Below are positions 44,049-54,809 of a stretch of 54,809 nt of DNA, in pieces. The translations under genes and the position numbers were made by a program. Numbering within the stretch: position 1 is the first letter of the stretch; every line of letters begins with the position of its first letter. Source of the stretch: Sandaracinaceae bacterium (GTDB lineage Bacteria > Myxococcota_A > Polyangia > Polyangiales > Sandaracinaceae). The stretch is taken from NCBI GenBank assembly GCA_044220955.1, contig JBGAQA010000041.1:1-54809 (forward strand). Direction: 5' to 3'. The notes under the pieces were generated by a model. The model was not told where the DNA came from. It did no database searches and was given only the letters and a program-made list of their open reading frames with translations.

Positions 44049-45098
44049 ATGGACGAGCGGGAGCGCCTCGCGGGCAGCGTGCTGATGGTCGGTTTCCCGG
44101 GCCGGACGCTCTCGCCGCTCGTCCGGGACTGGCTCGGGGAGGACGCGCTCGGCGGCGTCATCCTCTTCAAGCGAAACCTCGGAGCCCTCGCCGAGGTGAC
44201 GACGCTCGGACGGGCGATCGCGGCCGCCGCGGCGCGCACGCTCGTCGCCATCGACCAGGAGGGTGGCCGCGTCGCGCGGCTCGGCGCTCCGGTCGTGAAG
44301 CTCCCGCCCGCGCGTCGCTTCGGGGCGATCGACGACCCGGCCCTCACCGAGCGTGCCGGCGCGCTCCTCGGCGCGCAGCTGCGCGCGCTCGGGATCAACG
44401 TGGACTTCGCGCCCATCCTCGACGTCGACACGAACCCGGCGAACCCGATCATCGGCGACCGCGCCTTCGGCGCGACGCCCGATACCGTCGTCCGTCACGC
44501 GCGCGCGTTCGCCCGGGGGCTCGGGTCGGCGGGGGTGATCGCGTGCGGCAAGCACTTCCCGGGGCACGGGGACACCGATCTCGACAGCCACCTCGCGCTG
44601 CCGCGCATCGCGCACGACCGGGCGCGCCTGTCGGCGATCGAGCTCGCGCCGTTTCGGTCGCTCGCGGCCGAGCTCCCGACGATCATGACGGCGCACGTCG
44701 TGTTCGACGCGATCGACCGCACGCTGCCCGCGACGCTCTGCCGCGCCGTGATCGAGGGGGTGCTCCGCGAGGAGCTCGGCTACCGAGGCGTGATCGTCAG
44801 CGACGACCTCGAGATGCGCGCGGTGCGTGACCACTGGGGCGTCGGAGGCGCCGCCGTGCGGGCGATCGAGGCCGGCTGCGATCTGCTGCTGGTCTGCGAG
44901 CACGAGGCGAGCGTGGTCGCGGCGCGGGACGCGCTCGCGGCGCGGGCCGCGCAGGACGAGGCGTTCACGGCGCGCCTGCGGGAGGCTTCCGGACGGGTCC
45001 GCGCGCTGCGCGACGGGATCGCGCCGGGCGTGATCGACGAAGGGCGCGTGGACGCGTCGGCCTCGGCGTCGATCGAGGCCGAGATCGCGGCGCGGTAG
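44049..45098 (+). CDS. nagZ: Beta-N-acetylhexosaminidase (GH3)
   Basis: GGVILFKRN, IDQEGGRV, KHFPGHGDTDLDSH, MTAHV, SDDLEM. Confidence 0.95.
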   Translation: MDERERLAGSVLMVGFPGRTLSPLVRDWLGEDALGGVILFKRNLGALAEVTTLGRAIAAAAARTLVAIDQEGGRVARLGAPVVKLPPARRFGAIDDPALTERAGALLGAQLRALGINVDFAPILDVDTNPANPIIGDRAFGATPDTVVRHARAFARGLGSAGVIACGKHFPGHGDTDLDSHLALPRIAHDRARLSAIELAPFRSLAAELPTIMTAHVVFDAIDRTLPATLCRAVIEGVLREELGYRGVIVSDDLEMRAVRDHWGVGGAAVRAIEAGCDLLLVCEHEASVVAARDALAARAAQDEAFTARLREASGRVRALRDGIAPGVIDEGRVDASASASIEAEIAAR

Positions 45099-45104
45099 TC
45101 GGTC

Positions 45105-45554
45105 TCACCGCAGGCGGACGCGCGCGAGCGCCGCGTCGGAGAGGCCGAGCGCGCTGGTGAAGATCAGGCAGCGCGCCTCGAGGTTCTTCGCCCCGGCCGT
45201 CTCGAGCACGGCGACGCACGCGCCGAGCAGGCGCTCGCGATCGCTCGCGCTCCGGAGGAGATCGGCGCGCGCGGCGAGGAAGCGGCGCCGCTCGGCGTCG
45301 CTCGGAAACGGCATGGCCGCTTCGACCGCGGCCATCGCGCGCTGCACCTCCGCCGCCGCCGGCCCCGATCCATGCCGGTCGAGGAGCGCGCGCTCCGACT
45401 CGGAGAGCGCGCCGTCGTCGAGCACGGCCGCCGCGAGCAGCTCGAGCGAGGCGCGGCGCTCGCCGTCGGTGCAGCCGCGGAGCAGCTCGCCGATGCCGTC
45501 GGGGTCGCTCTCGGCCGAGTCGATGTACGCGAGCAGCGCGGAGGCGATGTCCAT
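45105..45554 (-). CDS. TerB-like helical protein
   Basis: LLAAAVLDDGALSESERALL resembles the TerB DG...E motif. Confidence 0.55.
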   Translation of the reverse strand: MDIASALLAYIDSAESDPDGIGELLRGCTDGERRASLELLAAAVLDDGALSESERALLDRHGSGPAAAEVQRAMAAVEAAMPFPSDAERRRFLAARADLLRSASDRERLLGACVAVLETAGAKNLEARCLIFTSALGLSDAALARVRLR

Positions 45555-45599
45555 CCGGCGAGGATGCCCAGCGTCGCGCCCGGCGTCGAGGGGCGGCCG

Positions 45600-45900
45600 A
45601 GCGGGGGCGGCGGCGCTTCGCGACCAGCGCGGCGAGCATCGCGAGCGCGGTGAGCGGCGCGGCGGGGCCATCGCCAGGTGCGCTGCACGCGCACGCGCTC
45701 GAGGTCGAGGGGGGCGGCTGCGCGCTCGGGTCCGGCTCGCAGTGGAAGCCGCCGTGGTGCATCGCGCCGGGCTGCGTCGGGTTCATCACCACCTGCTCGC
45801 CGGGCCCACACGGGCCGATCGCGTCCGCGCGCGCGGGCGGCGCTGCCGAGAGCGCGAGCCCGAGCCCCACGACGCCCCAGGCCATCGCCGTCGTCTTCAT
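45600..45900 (-). CDS. Small secreted protein with MYXO-CTERM tail; stop codon missing
   Basis: Signal ...PPARA/D; ACACSAPG...LTALAMLAALVAKRRR; frame stays open to 44965; 3' end approximate. Confidence 0.65.
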
Positions 45901-45908
45901 CGCGTCCC

Positions 45909-47306
<1,398 letters not shown>

Positions 47307-47478
47307 GCGCGGGAGGGTAACACTCCACGTTCGCAGCGGGACCGCGCGCGACGAAGAGCCACGCGGGCCGGGCGGCCCTGCGACGGCGCGCGCGAAGTCC
47401 TCGATGACCCACGGGCCGCGTCGAGTGCGTCGCCGGGACCGTCGCGGCCCCCCGCCGGGATGTCGCGGCCGGTCTCGC

Positions 47479-49524
47479 TCAGCGCGCGTCGCCGACGCGC
47501 GACTCCTTGGCGTGGAGCAGGAGCGAGCGCACGAAGAACACGGCCGTCGCGAGGATCACGGCGGCCTGTACGAGCAAGACCTCGCGCGTCACGAGGATCG
47601 CGACGGTCCCGACGAGGTAGGCGAGCACGCAGGGCCACACGCGCGGCAGGATGAGGAACTCGCCCAGCAGCGCCACGCCCGCGGAGGCCACCCACGAGAA
47701 CGCCGAGCGCTGGTACGCGGGCAGGTCCAAGTACACGCCCAGGACGGTGCACGCGAACGTCGTGAGCAGGGCGATCGCGAGGAAGATGGCCAGGCGGCGG
47801 GTGGTGGCGTTCGCGTTGATCTGTCGCCGCGCGGCGACGGCGAGCACCGAGTAGGCGCCGATCGGGATGAGCCAGATCATCATCGCCACGCCGCCGGAGA
47901 TGCTCACCGGATCGGGTCCGATCACGAGCCACGCGACCACGAGGACGCAGAGCGCGACGATCGTGCTGACGATGCCGACCATCGCCTGGAGCGAGAGCGA
48001 GGAGTCGGCCTCGCGCCGTGCGCGCTCGCGCTCCTCGGCGGCGGCACGCTCGACGGCGAGCGCGGCTTCGAGCGCCGCGAGGCGCGCCTCGAGGCCCTCC
48101 GGCGCGTGGCTCATCTCCTGGAGCAGCGTCCGCGCGCCGACCGGGCTGCGCAGCACGATCTCGCGCTCGACGAGGTGCTCGAGGCAGCGATCGAGCTCTC
48201 CGCGCGACTCGCTGCTCGCGCTCGCCCGCAGCGTCGAGCTGAGCGCGAAGCGGGCCTCGATGAGGGCCCGGAACGCGGCGGGGGCCGCCGGGCCCTCCGA
48301 GCCGATGATCCCCTCGGCGCGCGCGAGCGCCGCGAGCCCTTCCTGGTGCACGCGCTCGGCCTCGCGCGTGACGAGGTAGCGCGCGAGGCCCTCGCGGAAG
48401 GCCTCCGCGCTCTCCAGCCGGTCTTCGGGATCGCTCTCCATGGCGCTGCGCACGAGCTGCACGAGCTCGCGCGGGGCCTCGTCGGGGAACGAGAGGGGCT
48501 CGCCCACGAGGGCGGCGACGAGCGCGGCCAGGGCGTTGGGCGCGTCGTGCGGCGGCTTGCCGGTGAGCACCTCGTGGAGGGTCGCGCCCAGCAGGTAGAC
48601 GTCCGTGTGCGGACCCACGAGCCGCGGGTCGCCGCGCGCCATCTCCGGCGCGAGATAGCCCGGTGTGCCCACGATCCCGTGCGGCTCCGACGCCCGCTCC
48701 TCCAGCTTCACCGCGACGCCCCAGTCGAGCAGGTACACCTCGCCGAAGCGACCGATCATCACGTTCTGCGGCTTCACGTCGCGATGCACGACGCCGCGGT
48801 CGTGCGCGAACTCGAGCGCACGCGTCACCTGGGTCAGGATCTCGATGTGCGCTCGGAGGCGGTCGCCGTGGCCCGCGAGGAGCGGACGCCAGCCCTCGTG
48901 GGCCTCGTCCTGGATCAGGGTGCGCCACGCGACGCCCTCGACGCGCTTCATGACGAGCACCGGGGCGCCCTCGCCGTCGACGCCCAGCGCGTGGACCGGC
49001 ACCACGTTGGGATGCTCGAGGCCCCCGGTGATGCGCGCCTCCCGGACGAGCGCCCGTATCGCGCGCTCGACCTTGCCGCTCGTCTTGACGGCGACCTCGC
49101 GCTCGAGGGAGCGCTGCAGCGCCAGCCGCACGACGCCCATGCCGCCCCGGCCGAGCACGCCGCGCGTCACGAAGTCGGTGCTCGCGGGCGGCAGGCCCTC
49201 GGTGGCTTCGTCCACGGGCTCCGCCGCGAGGGCGATCGCGGGCAAGCGCGCCGGCCCGGTCTCGGTCTCGTCCCGTCTCGGGAGCGTCGCGGCGGCGTCC
49301 CCCAGCATCGTCTCGGCGACGCCGCGCCGGAGCAGCGTGTCGTGGATCGCGGTGCGCGCCTCGTCCGGCGTCATCGGCGGCGCGCGATCCGTCGTGCGCT
49401 GCGCGCGCTCCACCCGCGCGGTTGCGTGGCCCCCCATGGCGATCGTCGGCCCCATCCTCACTCCGCCCCCTGCGCGCGTCAACGGCGACGACCCACCCGC
49501 GTGGGTGCCGAGCGGCGTGCCCAC
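47479..49524 (-). CDS. Ser/Thr kinase with C-terminal multi-TM domain
   Basis: GRGGMG, VAVK, HRDVKPQN, LDWG, GTPGYLAPE; about 5-6 C-terminal TMs. Confidence 0.9.
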   Translation of the reverse strand: MGTPLGTHAGGSSPLTRAGGGVRMGPTIAMGGHATARVERAQRTTDRAPPMTPDEARTAIHDTLLRRGVAETMLGDAAATLPRRDETETGPARLPAIALAAEPVDEATEGLPPASTDFVTRGVLGRGGMGVVRLALQRSLEREVAVKTSGKVERAIRALVREARITGGLEHPNVVPVHALGVDGEGAPVLVMKRVEGVAWRTLIQDEAHEGWRPLLAGHGDRLRAHIEILTQVTRALEFAHDRGVVHRDVKPQNVMIGRFGEVYLLDWGVAVKLEERASEPHGIVGTPGYLAPEMARGDPRLVGPHTDVYLLGATLHEVLTGKPPHDAPNALAALVAALVGEPLSFPDEAPRELVQLVRSAMESDPEDRLESAEAFREGLARYLVTREAERVHQEGLAALARAEGIIGSEGPAAPAAFRALIEARFALSSTLRASASSESRGELDRCLEHLVEREIVLRSPVGARTLLQEMSHAPEGLEARLAALEAALAVERAAAEERERARREADSSLSLQAMVGIVSTIVALCVLVVAWLVIGPDPVSISGGVAMMIWLIPIGAYSVLAVAARRQINANATTRRLAIFLAIALLTTFACTVLGVYLDLPAYQRSAFSWVASAGVALLGEFLILPRVWPCVLAYLVGTVAILVTREVLLVQAAVILATAVFFVRSLLLHAKESRVGDAR

Positions 49525-49621
49525 GATCCTTCGCGCTCCGCGTCGCGCCGCGTGCCGGCCGGTCGCGTCGCGCGAGGCGTGTGCGCGACACCGTGCGCGC
49601 CCCGCACGCGCCTGCGGCCGC

Positions 49622-51283
49622 TCAGGGGCTCACCCACGCGTCGAGCGTGAAGTCGCCGTACTGGATCGACGCGAACGAGTCGACGACGAGGTAGTACGTC
49701 CCCGCGGCTGTGGCCGTGACGTGGAGCGTCTCGGGCTCGCCGCCGCCGCCGGTCTCGACGCCGCCGATGCAGCGGGAGGCCGTCGCGTCGCACGCCGACG
49801 CGTCGCCCGGGCCGAGGAGATACAGGGCGAGGTTGGCCGTCGCGGGCGTCGCCACGACATCGAGCGACTGTCCGGCACGCAGCGTGAGCGCGTACACGAC
49901 GTCCGGACCGTCGAGGAACACGTCGACGCACGCCCCGGTGCCGCCGCGCGTGGCGTAGTCGTTCGCCGCGCCGCGGGTCGTGCCGGTCGAGCGTGCGGGC
50001 GCCGCGGCGCTCGTGCCGACGGCGAGCGGGAGCGCCGCCCTGCACCCGTCGTTCGCCGGGACGGCCGCGCACTCGTCCAGCGCCGTGCAGATCTCGCCCG
50101 CTCCACACCCCCCGACGGGCGCGCCCGGGAGATCGCAGTCGGTGTCGTGCGCGCCGCAGCCGCAGTCGCAGGTGACGCCGTCCTCGTAGCGCGCGCCCGC
50201 GCACGTCCACGCGGCGGGGTAGCGCGGCGCGCACAGCCCGGCGCCGGTGTCGCCGACGAAGTGCACGCAGTGCTCGAGCGCGGCGAGGTCGCACTCCGCG
50301 TCCATCGTGCAGCGCGGGCGGCACACGCCGTCGTTGCGCGCGAGGAAGTCGCAGATGCCGTCGAAGTACGACGTCCCGACCGGCGCGCAGTACGAGGCCG
50401 TGGACGGGCAGATCTCGCCGAGGCCCACCGTCGAGCGGATCAACGGCGACGGCTCGCAGTACTCGCGCAGCATGTAGTCGAGCGCGCAGACGCCGCGGAC
50501 GCACTCGACGCCGGCCGCGCGGCTGCAGCTCGCCGCGCAGAACGTCGCGCCGATCGGACCGTCGCGGCGGAGCTCGCAGAGCTCGTCCGCGGCGCAGTCG
50601 GCAGGCGCGCGCGCGCCGTCGCAGTCGGGGTCGAAGAGCCCGCAATTGCAGTCGCAGCGCGTGCCGTCCGCATAGCGCGCGTCGGGGCACGTCCAGCCGG
50701 GTGGTGCGAAGCGTCCGCTCGCGGCCACGCTCGCGAGCTCGATGCAGAGCCCGTCCGGGACCGGGGTCGAGACGAGCGTGTCGCCCCCGATGGTGACCTC
50801 GATCATGCGGAGGTCGGTGAGCGTCGCGTCGAGCACCAGCTCGAAGGGATCGCGGTTCAACGTCAGCACGCCCGACTCGGCGAAGAAGCCGTGGTCGCGC
50901 GCGAGGCCGCTGAAGGCCATCACGCAGTGCGCGCACGTCGAGCGATTCGCGTCGCGCGAGCCGTCGATCGTGAACGTGCCGGTGTACGTCGTGTCGCCGT
51001 AGCGCTCGAAGGTCAGGTAGAGCGCGTGCCGCTGTCCCGCGATCGGATCGACGAAGGGCGCGAAGTAGCTGACCGAGACGTCGTCGAAGCTCTCGAGCTG
51101 CCACGCCCCGAGCGTGCCGCGCACGCAGCCGCCGCCCGCGGCATCGGCTCCGGCGTCGAGCGCCGCGTCGATCGAGGCGCCGTCCGCTCCTGCGTCCGCG
51201 GCCGGTGCCGGCGCGCCACCTCCGCACCCCGCCAAGACGAGCATTACGAGCAGCAGCGCTGCGAGCTCCCGACATCCGGCCAC
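49622..51283 (-). CDS. Cys-rich lipoprotein with CDCxCG repeats and C-terminal PPC-like domain
   Basis: GAAGGAGG RBS; lipobox LAGC; two WTC...Y.DG..CDC.CG..D.DC repeats; GPDVVY...GTYYLVVD. Confidence 0.85.
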   Translation of the reverse strand: MAGCRELAALLLVMLVLAGCGGGAPAPAADAGADGASIDAALDAGADAAGGGCVRGTLGAWQLESFDDVSVSYFAPFVDPIAGQRHALYLTFERYGDTTYTGTFTIDGSRDANRSTCAHCVMAFSGLARDHGFFAESGVLTLNRDPFELVLDATLTDLRMIEVTIGGDTLVSTPVPDGLCIELASVAASGRFAPPGWTCPDARYADGTRCDCNCGLFDPDCDGARAPADCAADELCELRRDGPIGATFCAASCSRAAGVECVRGVCALDYMLREYCEPSPLIRSTVGLGEICPSTASYCAPVGTSYFDGICDFLARNDGVCRPRCTMDAECDLAALEHCVHFVGDTGAGLCAPRYPAAWTCAGARYEDGVTCDCGCGAHDTDCDLPGAPVGGCGAGEICTALDECAAVPANDGCRAALPLAVGTSAAAPARSTGTTRGAANDYATRGGTGACVDVFLDGPDVVYALTLRAGQSLDVVATPATANLALYLLGPGDASACDATASRCIGGVETGGGGEPETLHVTATAAGTYYLVVDSFASIQYGDFTLDAWVSP

Positions 51284-51330
51284 TCGAACCTCCTTCGCGC
51301 CGGCTCAGGTTGGCGCGGCTGCGCCAAAGG

Positions 51331-51346
51331 AGCACGTGGCGTGCCC
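51331..51346 (-). promoter_or_regulatory. Possible sigma54 promoter of the Cys-rich lipoprotein
   Basis: Minus strand GGGCACGCCACGTGCT, GG-N10-GC spacing correct. Confidence 0.45.
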
Positions 51347-51402
51347 CACGCTCGGGGCCGAGGGCGGCGCGCCCTCGCCCGATCGGATACGCTGGCCCGC
51401 GC

Positions 51403-51753
51403 ATGGACCTCAAGGACCTCACTCGTGACGAGCAGCTGGCCCTCGGCGGGCTCGTTCGCCTCATGATCCGCGCGGACGGCGTGTTCACCCAGGAAGAAGA
51501 AGAGCGCGTCACCGCCATCGGCGAGGAGCTCGGCGGCGGTGCGCTGCTCTGGCGCATCGTGTCCGACTCCGCGCAGGCCTTCCGGAGCGACGCCGACGTC
51601 CGGCGCGCGGGGGCCGCCGTCCGGCGCAGCGACGCGCGCGAGCTGGTGCTCGGGGTCCTGACGAGCGTCGCCGTCGCCGACACCGTGACCCCCGGCGAGC
51701 AGGGCCTGATCGACGCCCTTCGCGCCGCGTGGCTCGCGGCGGACGGTCGCTGA
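51403..51753 (+). CDS. TerB family protein
   Basis: LMIRADGVFTQEEEERV and VAVADTVTPGEQGLI half-repeats. Confidence 0.75.
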   Translation: MDLKDLTRDEQLALGGLVRLMIRADGVFTQEEEERVTAIGEELGGGALLWRIVSDSAQAFRSDADVRRAGAAVRRSDARELVLGVLTSVAVADTVTPGEQGLIDALRAAWLAADGR

Positions 51754-51754
51754 C

Positions 51755-52099
51755 GTGCGCGGAGACGAGCCCGCACGCACCGGTTCGGACGCGCCGGTCG
51801 CCACCCCGCTCTGGATCCTCCTCGTCGCCGGCGGGGCGTTCCTGGCGCTCAGCCTGTTCGGGTGCCTCGCGACGGGCGTCGCGGCGGCGATGCTGGGTGA
51901 GGGCGACGCGGTGAGCGTCTCGTACCTCTCCGTTCCGCTGGCTCTCGGCGGCCTGGTCGGCGCGGTCGCGGCCGCCGCCGTCCACAAGCAGCAGCCCGCC
52001 ATCGCCACCGGCGTTCCGGTCGGCTGCGGCTGCGCCACGATGGTGGTCGGCGTCGTCGGGCTCGTCGTGTTCTACCAGCTGATCTGGCCGAGCCTCTGA
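51755..52099 (+). CDS. Small membrane protein (3 TM)
   Basis: Three hydrophobic segments; starts directly after the terB-like gene. Confidence 0.65.
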   Translation: MRGDEPARTGSDAPVATPLWILLVAGGAFLALSLFGCLATGVAAAMLGEGDAVSVSYLSVPLALGGLVGAVAAAAVHKQQPAIATGVPVGCGCATMVVGVVGLVVFYQLIWPSL

Positions 52100-52145
52100 C
52101 GCGCGCGCGTGACTCCGATCCCGATGGCGGGTCGCCGTTCAGGAT

Positions 52146-52877
52146 TCAATTGAGCCAGCGGGGCTTGCCGTCCTGCTCGCCGCCGCCACCGCCGCCCTCG
52201 ATCACCGTGAGGCTCGGTCGGCCGGCGCGCTTCTTCGGCGGCGGGCCGGCCTTGCCGGGGCGACGCGGCGCGCGCTCGTAGCGTCCGAAGAGCACGCCCG
52301 CGCCGATGCCGCCGATCGCCTCCACGAGCCCCGACACGTTGTGCGCCCACGCGGCCTGCAGCGCCGAGAGCACGATCATCGCGCCTACCATGGTCCACGC
52401 GGACACGGGGGGGAGCGCCGCGACCCAGAGGCCGACGCGCGCGTTCGGCCGAAGGACGGGCAGCGCGCCGAGCCACGCGTAGAAGATCGGAGAAGGGCCG
52501 GCCGTCACTCCGAACAGCGAGGGCACGATCGCGCCGCCGGCGATCAAGAGGACCGCCGCGCCGACGATGCCGGCGCCGATCAGCCGGAGCAGCGAGGCGC
52601 GCCCGTTCTCGAGCTCGAACGTCGAGAGCGCCCAGTAGAGGACGAAGATCGTCACGAGGTGCCAGACGACGTCGCTCGGCTGCGCCACGTTCGCGAAGAG
52701 CCAGTACGTCGCCCATTCCCAAGCGAGCTCCACGTGCAGGCCCGGCACGAGCGCCGCCCACGTCGTGAGCGGGATGCCGAGCAGGCCCTCGGCGGCGGTC
52801 TGCCCGAGGAAGCAGACGACCAGCACGACGATCAGCGTGCGCACCGTCGGCGTGATCGTCGGGAATTGCGAGGGCAT
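52146..52877 (-). CDS. Rhomboid-like membrane protein, probably inactive
   Basis: Rhomboid topology (WEWATY, WHLV..F.LYW...FE...G), GPS at the GxS position, EAIGG where AHLGG is expected. Confidence 0.7.
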   Translation of the reverse strand: MPSQFPTITPTVRTLIVVLVVCFLGQTAAEGLLGIPLTTWAALVPGLHVELAWEWATYWLFANVAQPSDVVWHLVTIFVLYWALSTFELENGRASLLRLIGAGIVGAAVLLIAGGAIVPSLFGVTAGPSPIFYAWLGALPVLRPNARVGLWVAALPPVSAWTMVGAMIVLSALQAAWAHNVSGLVEAIGGIGAGVLFGRYERAPRRPGKAGPPPKKRAGRPSLTVIEGGGGGGEQDGKPRWLN

Positions 52878-52965
52878 CGCCTGGATCGTACGGCCTGGGG
52901 GCCGTCCCGCAACAGCTCGATCGATGCGCTTGACCGCGCGGCCCGCGGTCCGCAGGTTGCGCCGC

Positions 52966-53634
52966 GTGAGCGCCCCCGAGCCCTACGTGCCGATCGACAC
53001 CCCCGTCGCCGTGCTCTCGGACGTCCACGGCAACGCACGCGCGCTCCGGGCCGTCCTCGACGAGCTCGCGCGCCGCGGCGTCGGTCGAATCTACGTCCTC
53101 GGAGATCATCTCGTCGGTGGCGACGCGCCGCTCGACACCTGGAAGATGCTGATGGACGCACGCGCCAAGCTCGCGCGGGGGCTCGGCGACACGGCGCTCG
53201 CCTCGCTGGTCCCGGAGAAGCTCGCGCCCGAGACCGACGACGAGCGCGCGCGCGCGGAGCGCTTCGTGCGCACGCGCAAGGAGGTCGGCGAGCTCGTGCT
53301 CCGGCACCTGCTCGCGCTCCCGTACGCGCTCCGTGTGCCGCTCGCGGACGGCCGCGAGCTCCTGGTCTCGCACGGCTCGCCGGCCGACCCGACCGTCGAG
53401 ATCACGCACGACCTCGACGACGAGGAGATGCTCTCGCTCGTGGCCAGCGACCCGGCCGACATCGTCGCGACCAGCGGGGGCCACGTCTCGTTCGTCCGCG
53501 ATCTCGGCGAGATCCGGGTCGTGGGCGTCGGATCGGTCGGCGACTCGCCCGAGCGCGACCACGCGCACTTCGTGCTGATCACGCCGGGCTACGACGGAAC
53601 GGTCATCGAGCAGGCACACGTCGAGATCGGCTGA
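52966..53634 (+). CDS. Calcineurin-like metallophosphoesterase, degenerate
   Basis: LSDVHGN, LGDH, HGSP, GSVG present; GLGD and SGGH replace GNHD and GHTH. Confidence 0.8.
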   Translation: MSAPEPYVPIDTPVAVLSDVHGNARALRAVLDELARRGVGRIYVLGDHLVGGDAPLDTWKMLMDARAKLARGLGDTALASLVPEKLAPETDDERARAERFVRTRKEVGELVLRHLLALPYALRVPLADGRELLVSHGSPADPTVEITHDLDDEEMLSLVASDPADIVATSGGHVSFVRDLGEIRVVGVGSVGDSPERDHAHFVLITPGYDGTVIEQAHVEIG

Positions 53635-53736
53635 TCCCACCGACGGGAGGGAAGGTCGGGGCGAGCCGTGCAGGGCCGTTGATCCCGGTTGACCGGGCCG
53701 CCGATGCTCGCCGATGCTTCGGCCCGGAGGCGTCGC

Positions 53737-54255
53737 ATGTCTGGAGGCTTGGGGCTCAGCGGGATCGACACGAAGAACAAGGTGCTGCGCTGCCCGCGCG
53801 ATCACCAGGTGATGGAAGAGGTGAACAAGAACGCCTCGTTCATCGACATCTGCAACAAGTGCGGCGGCATGTTCTTCGACCAGGGCGAGATGTTCGGCGC
53901 CTGCGGCCTCAAGGCCGACCCTTCGTACTGGGATCGCCCGGAGACGGGCGGCGTGATGAAGGAGAGCCCGCTGCACTGCTCGCGCTGCGACGGGCACATG
54001 CTCGCGCAGGACGTGGCCAAGGGCGGCGTGCACGTCGAGATCGATCGCTGCGCGCACTGCGGCGGCATCTGGCTCGACGAGGGCGAGATCGAGAAGATCA
54101 TGGAGATCTCGGAGCACATGGCCCCGCACGTCGAGGCCGAGCGCGACAAGGCCAAGGCCGATCTCGCGAAGCTCGGCGACGACCCGCTCGGGACGTCGAC
54201 GGGCGTCATCGCGAGCTTCCTCAACATGTTCGGCGTCGCGAAGAAGAAGAAGTAA
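53737..54255 (+). CDS. Tandem zf-TFIIB-like zinc ribbon protein
   Basis: CPRD...IDICNKCGGMFFDQGE and CSRC...IDRCAHCGGIWLDEGE; GGAGG RBS. Confidence 0.85.
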   Translation: MSGGLGLSGIDTKNKVLRCPRDHQVMEEVNKNASFIDICNKCGGMFFDQGEMFGACGLKADPSYWDRPETGGVMKESPLHCSRCDGHMLAQDVAKGGVHVEIDRCAHCGGIWLDEGEIEKIMEISEHMAPHVEAERDKAKADLAKLGDDPLGTSTGVIASFLNMFGVAKKKK

Positions 54256-54258
54256 CGG

Positions 54259-54809
54259 GTGCGCGGGCGGGCCCCCGAGCTCGGCGCGGTGTCCGCGCTG
54301 GTCTTCGTCGGGCTCGCAGCGGGCAGCGCCGCGGGCGCGCACCCCTTCGACGTGGGCGAGCTCGCCGCGGCGGCGATCCGGCTGGGCGGCTCCCACGCGC
54401 CCGGGCAGCCGCTGCACGCGTTGCTCGGTCATGCGATCGGGTGGGTCCCGCTCGGCAGCTACGTCGCCCGGCTCTCCTGGCTCTCGGCGCTGGGCGCGGC
54501 GATCGCCTCCTCCGCGGCGGGCCGGACGGTGCTCGCGCTCGCGGACCGGCACGACGCGCCCGCGCGGATCGCGGCGACGCTCGCGGCGGCCTCGATCGTC
54601 CTGACGCCGGCGGTCCTGCGCAGCGCGATGCGGCCCGAGGTGTACGCGCCGGCGCTCGCGTGCGTGCTCGCCGGCGCGTGGGCGCTGGCCGAGCGCGCGC
54701 GAGGCTTCGCGCACGGCCTGCGCGTGGCCGCCATCCTCGCCGGGCTCGCCTTCGCGCTGCACCCGCCTCACGCGCTCGCGCTGGCGGGCGTCGCGATCGC
54801 GGCGTGCGC
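54259..54809 (+). CDS. DUF2723/TMEM260-like GT-C membrane protein (5' part, runs off the window)
   Basis: Hand translation: FDVGELAAAAIRLGGSHAPGQPLHALLG...RPEVYA, matching D.GE...LG..H.PG.PL. Confidence 0.75.
   Translation, partial: MRGRAPELGAVSALVFVGLAAGSAAGAHPFDVGELAAAAIRLGGSHAPGQPLHALLGHAIGWVPLGSYVARLSWLSALGAAIASSAAGRTVLALADRHDAPARIAATLAAASIVLTPAVLRSAMRPEVYAPALACVLAGAWALAERARGFAHGLRVAAILAGLAFALHPPHALALAGVAIAAC

Overview
Very GC-rich bacterial chromosomal segment. The gene content (Ser/Thr kinases, FHA-sigma54 activator, MYXO-CTERM tail, many Cys-rich lipoproteins with DAG linkers) points to a myxobacterium, probably Polyangiales/Sandaracinaceae-like (inference). About 50 real genes can be picked out of many shadow ORFs. 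The left ~8 kb is a polymorphic-toxin locus. It has a sigma54-type promoter, then a ~2225-aa SpvB/FG-GAP/YD-RHS protein with a lipoprotein signal and a compact C-terminal HAE...CxxC zinc-deaminase tip, a translationally coupled candidate immunity gene, a degraded tip-less RHS duplicate and a truncated gene remnant. The rest contains a DUF4398/OmpA pair, an RHH-PIN toxin-antitoxin pair, URC1/URC4 uracil-catabolism genes, and a cobalamin riboswitch in front of an uncharacterised lipoprotein. It also holds a TPR/Cys-rich/kinase/CapA module, barrel-fused SppA, tsaB, a GT-C glycosyltransferase, a BRCT fusion protein, SulP, dppBC, nagZ, several likely pseudo-enzymes and many apparently leaderless promoters. 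I saw no rRNA, tRNA, CRISPR array or transposase. All family calls come from motif recognition by eye, not from database searches.
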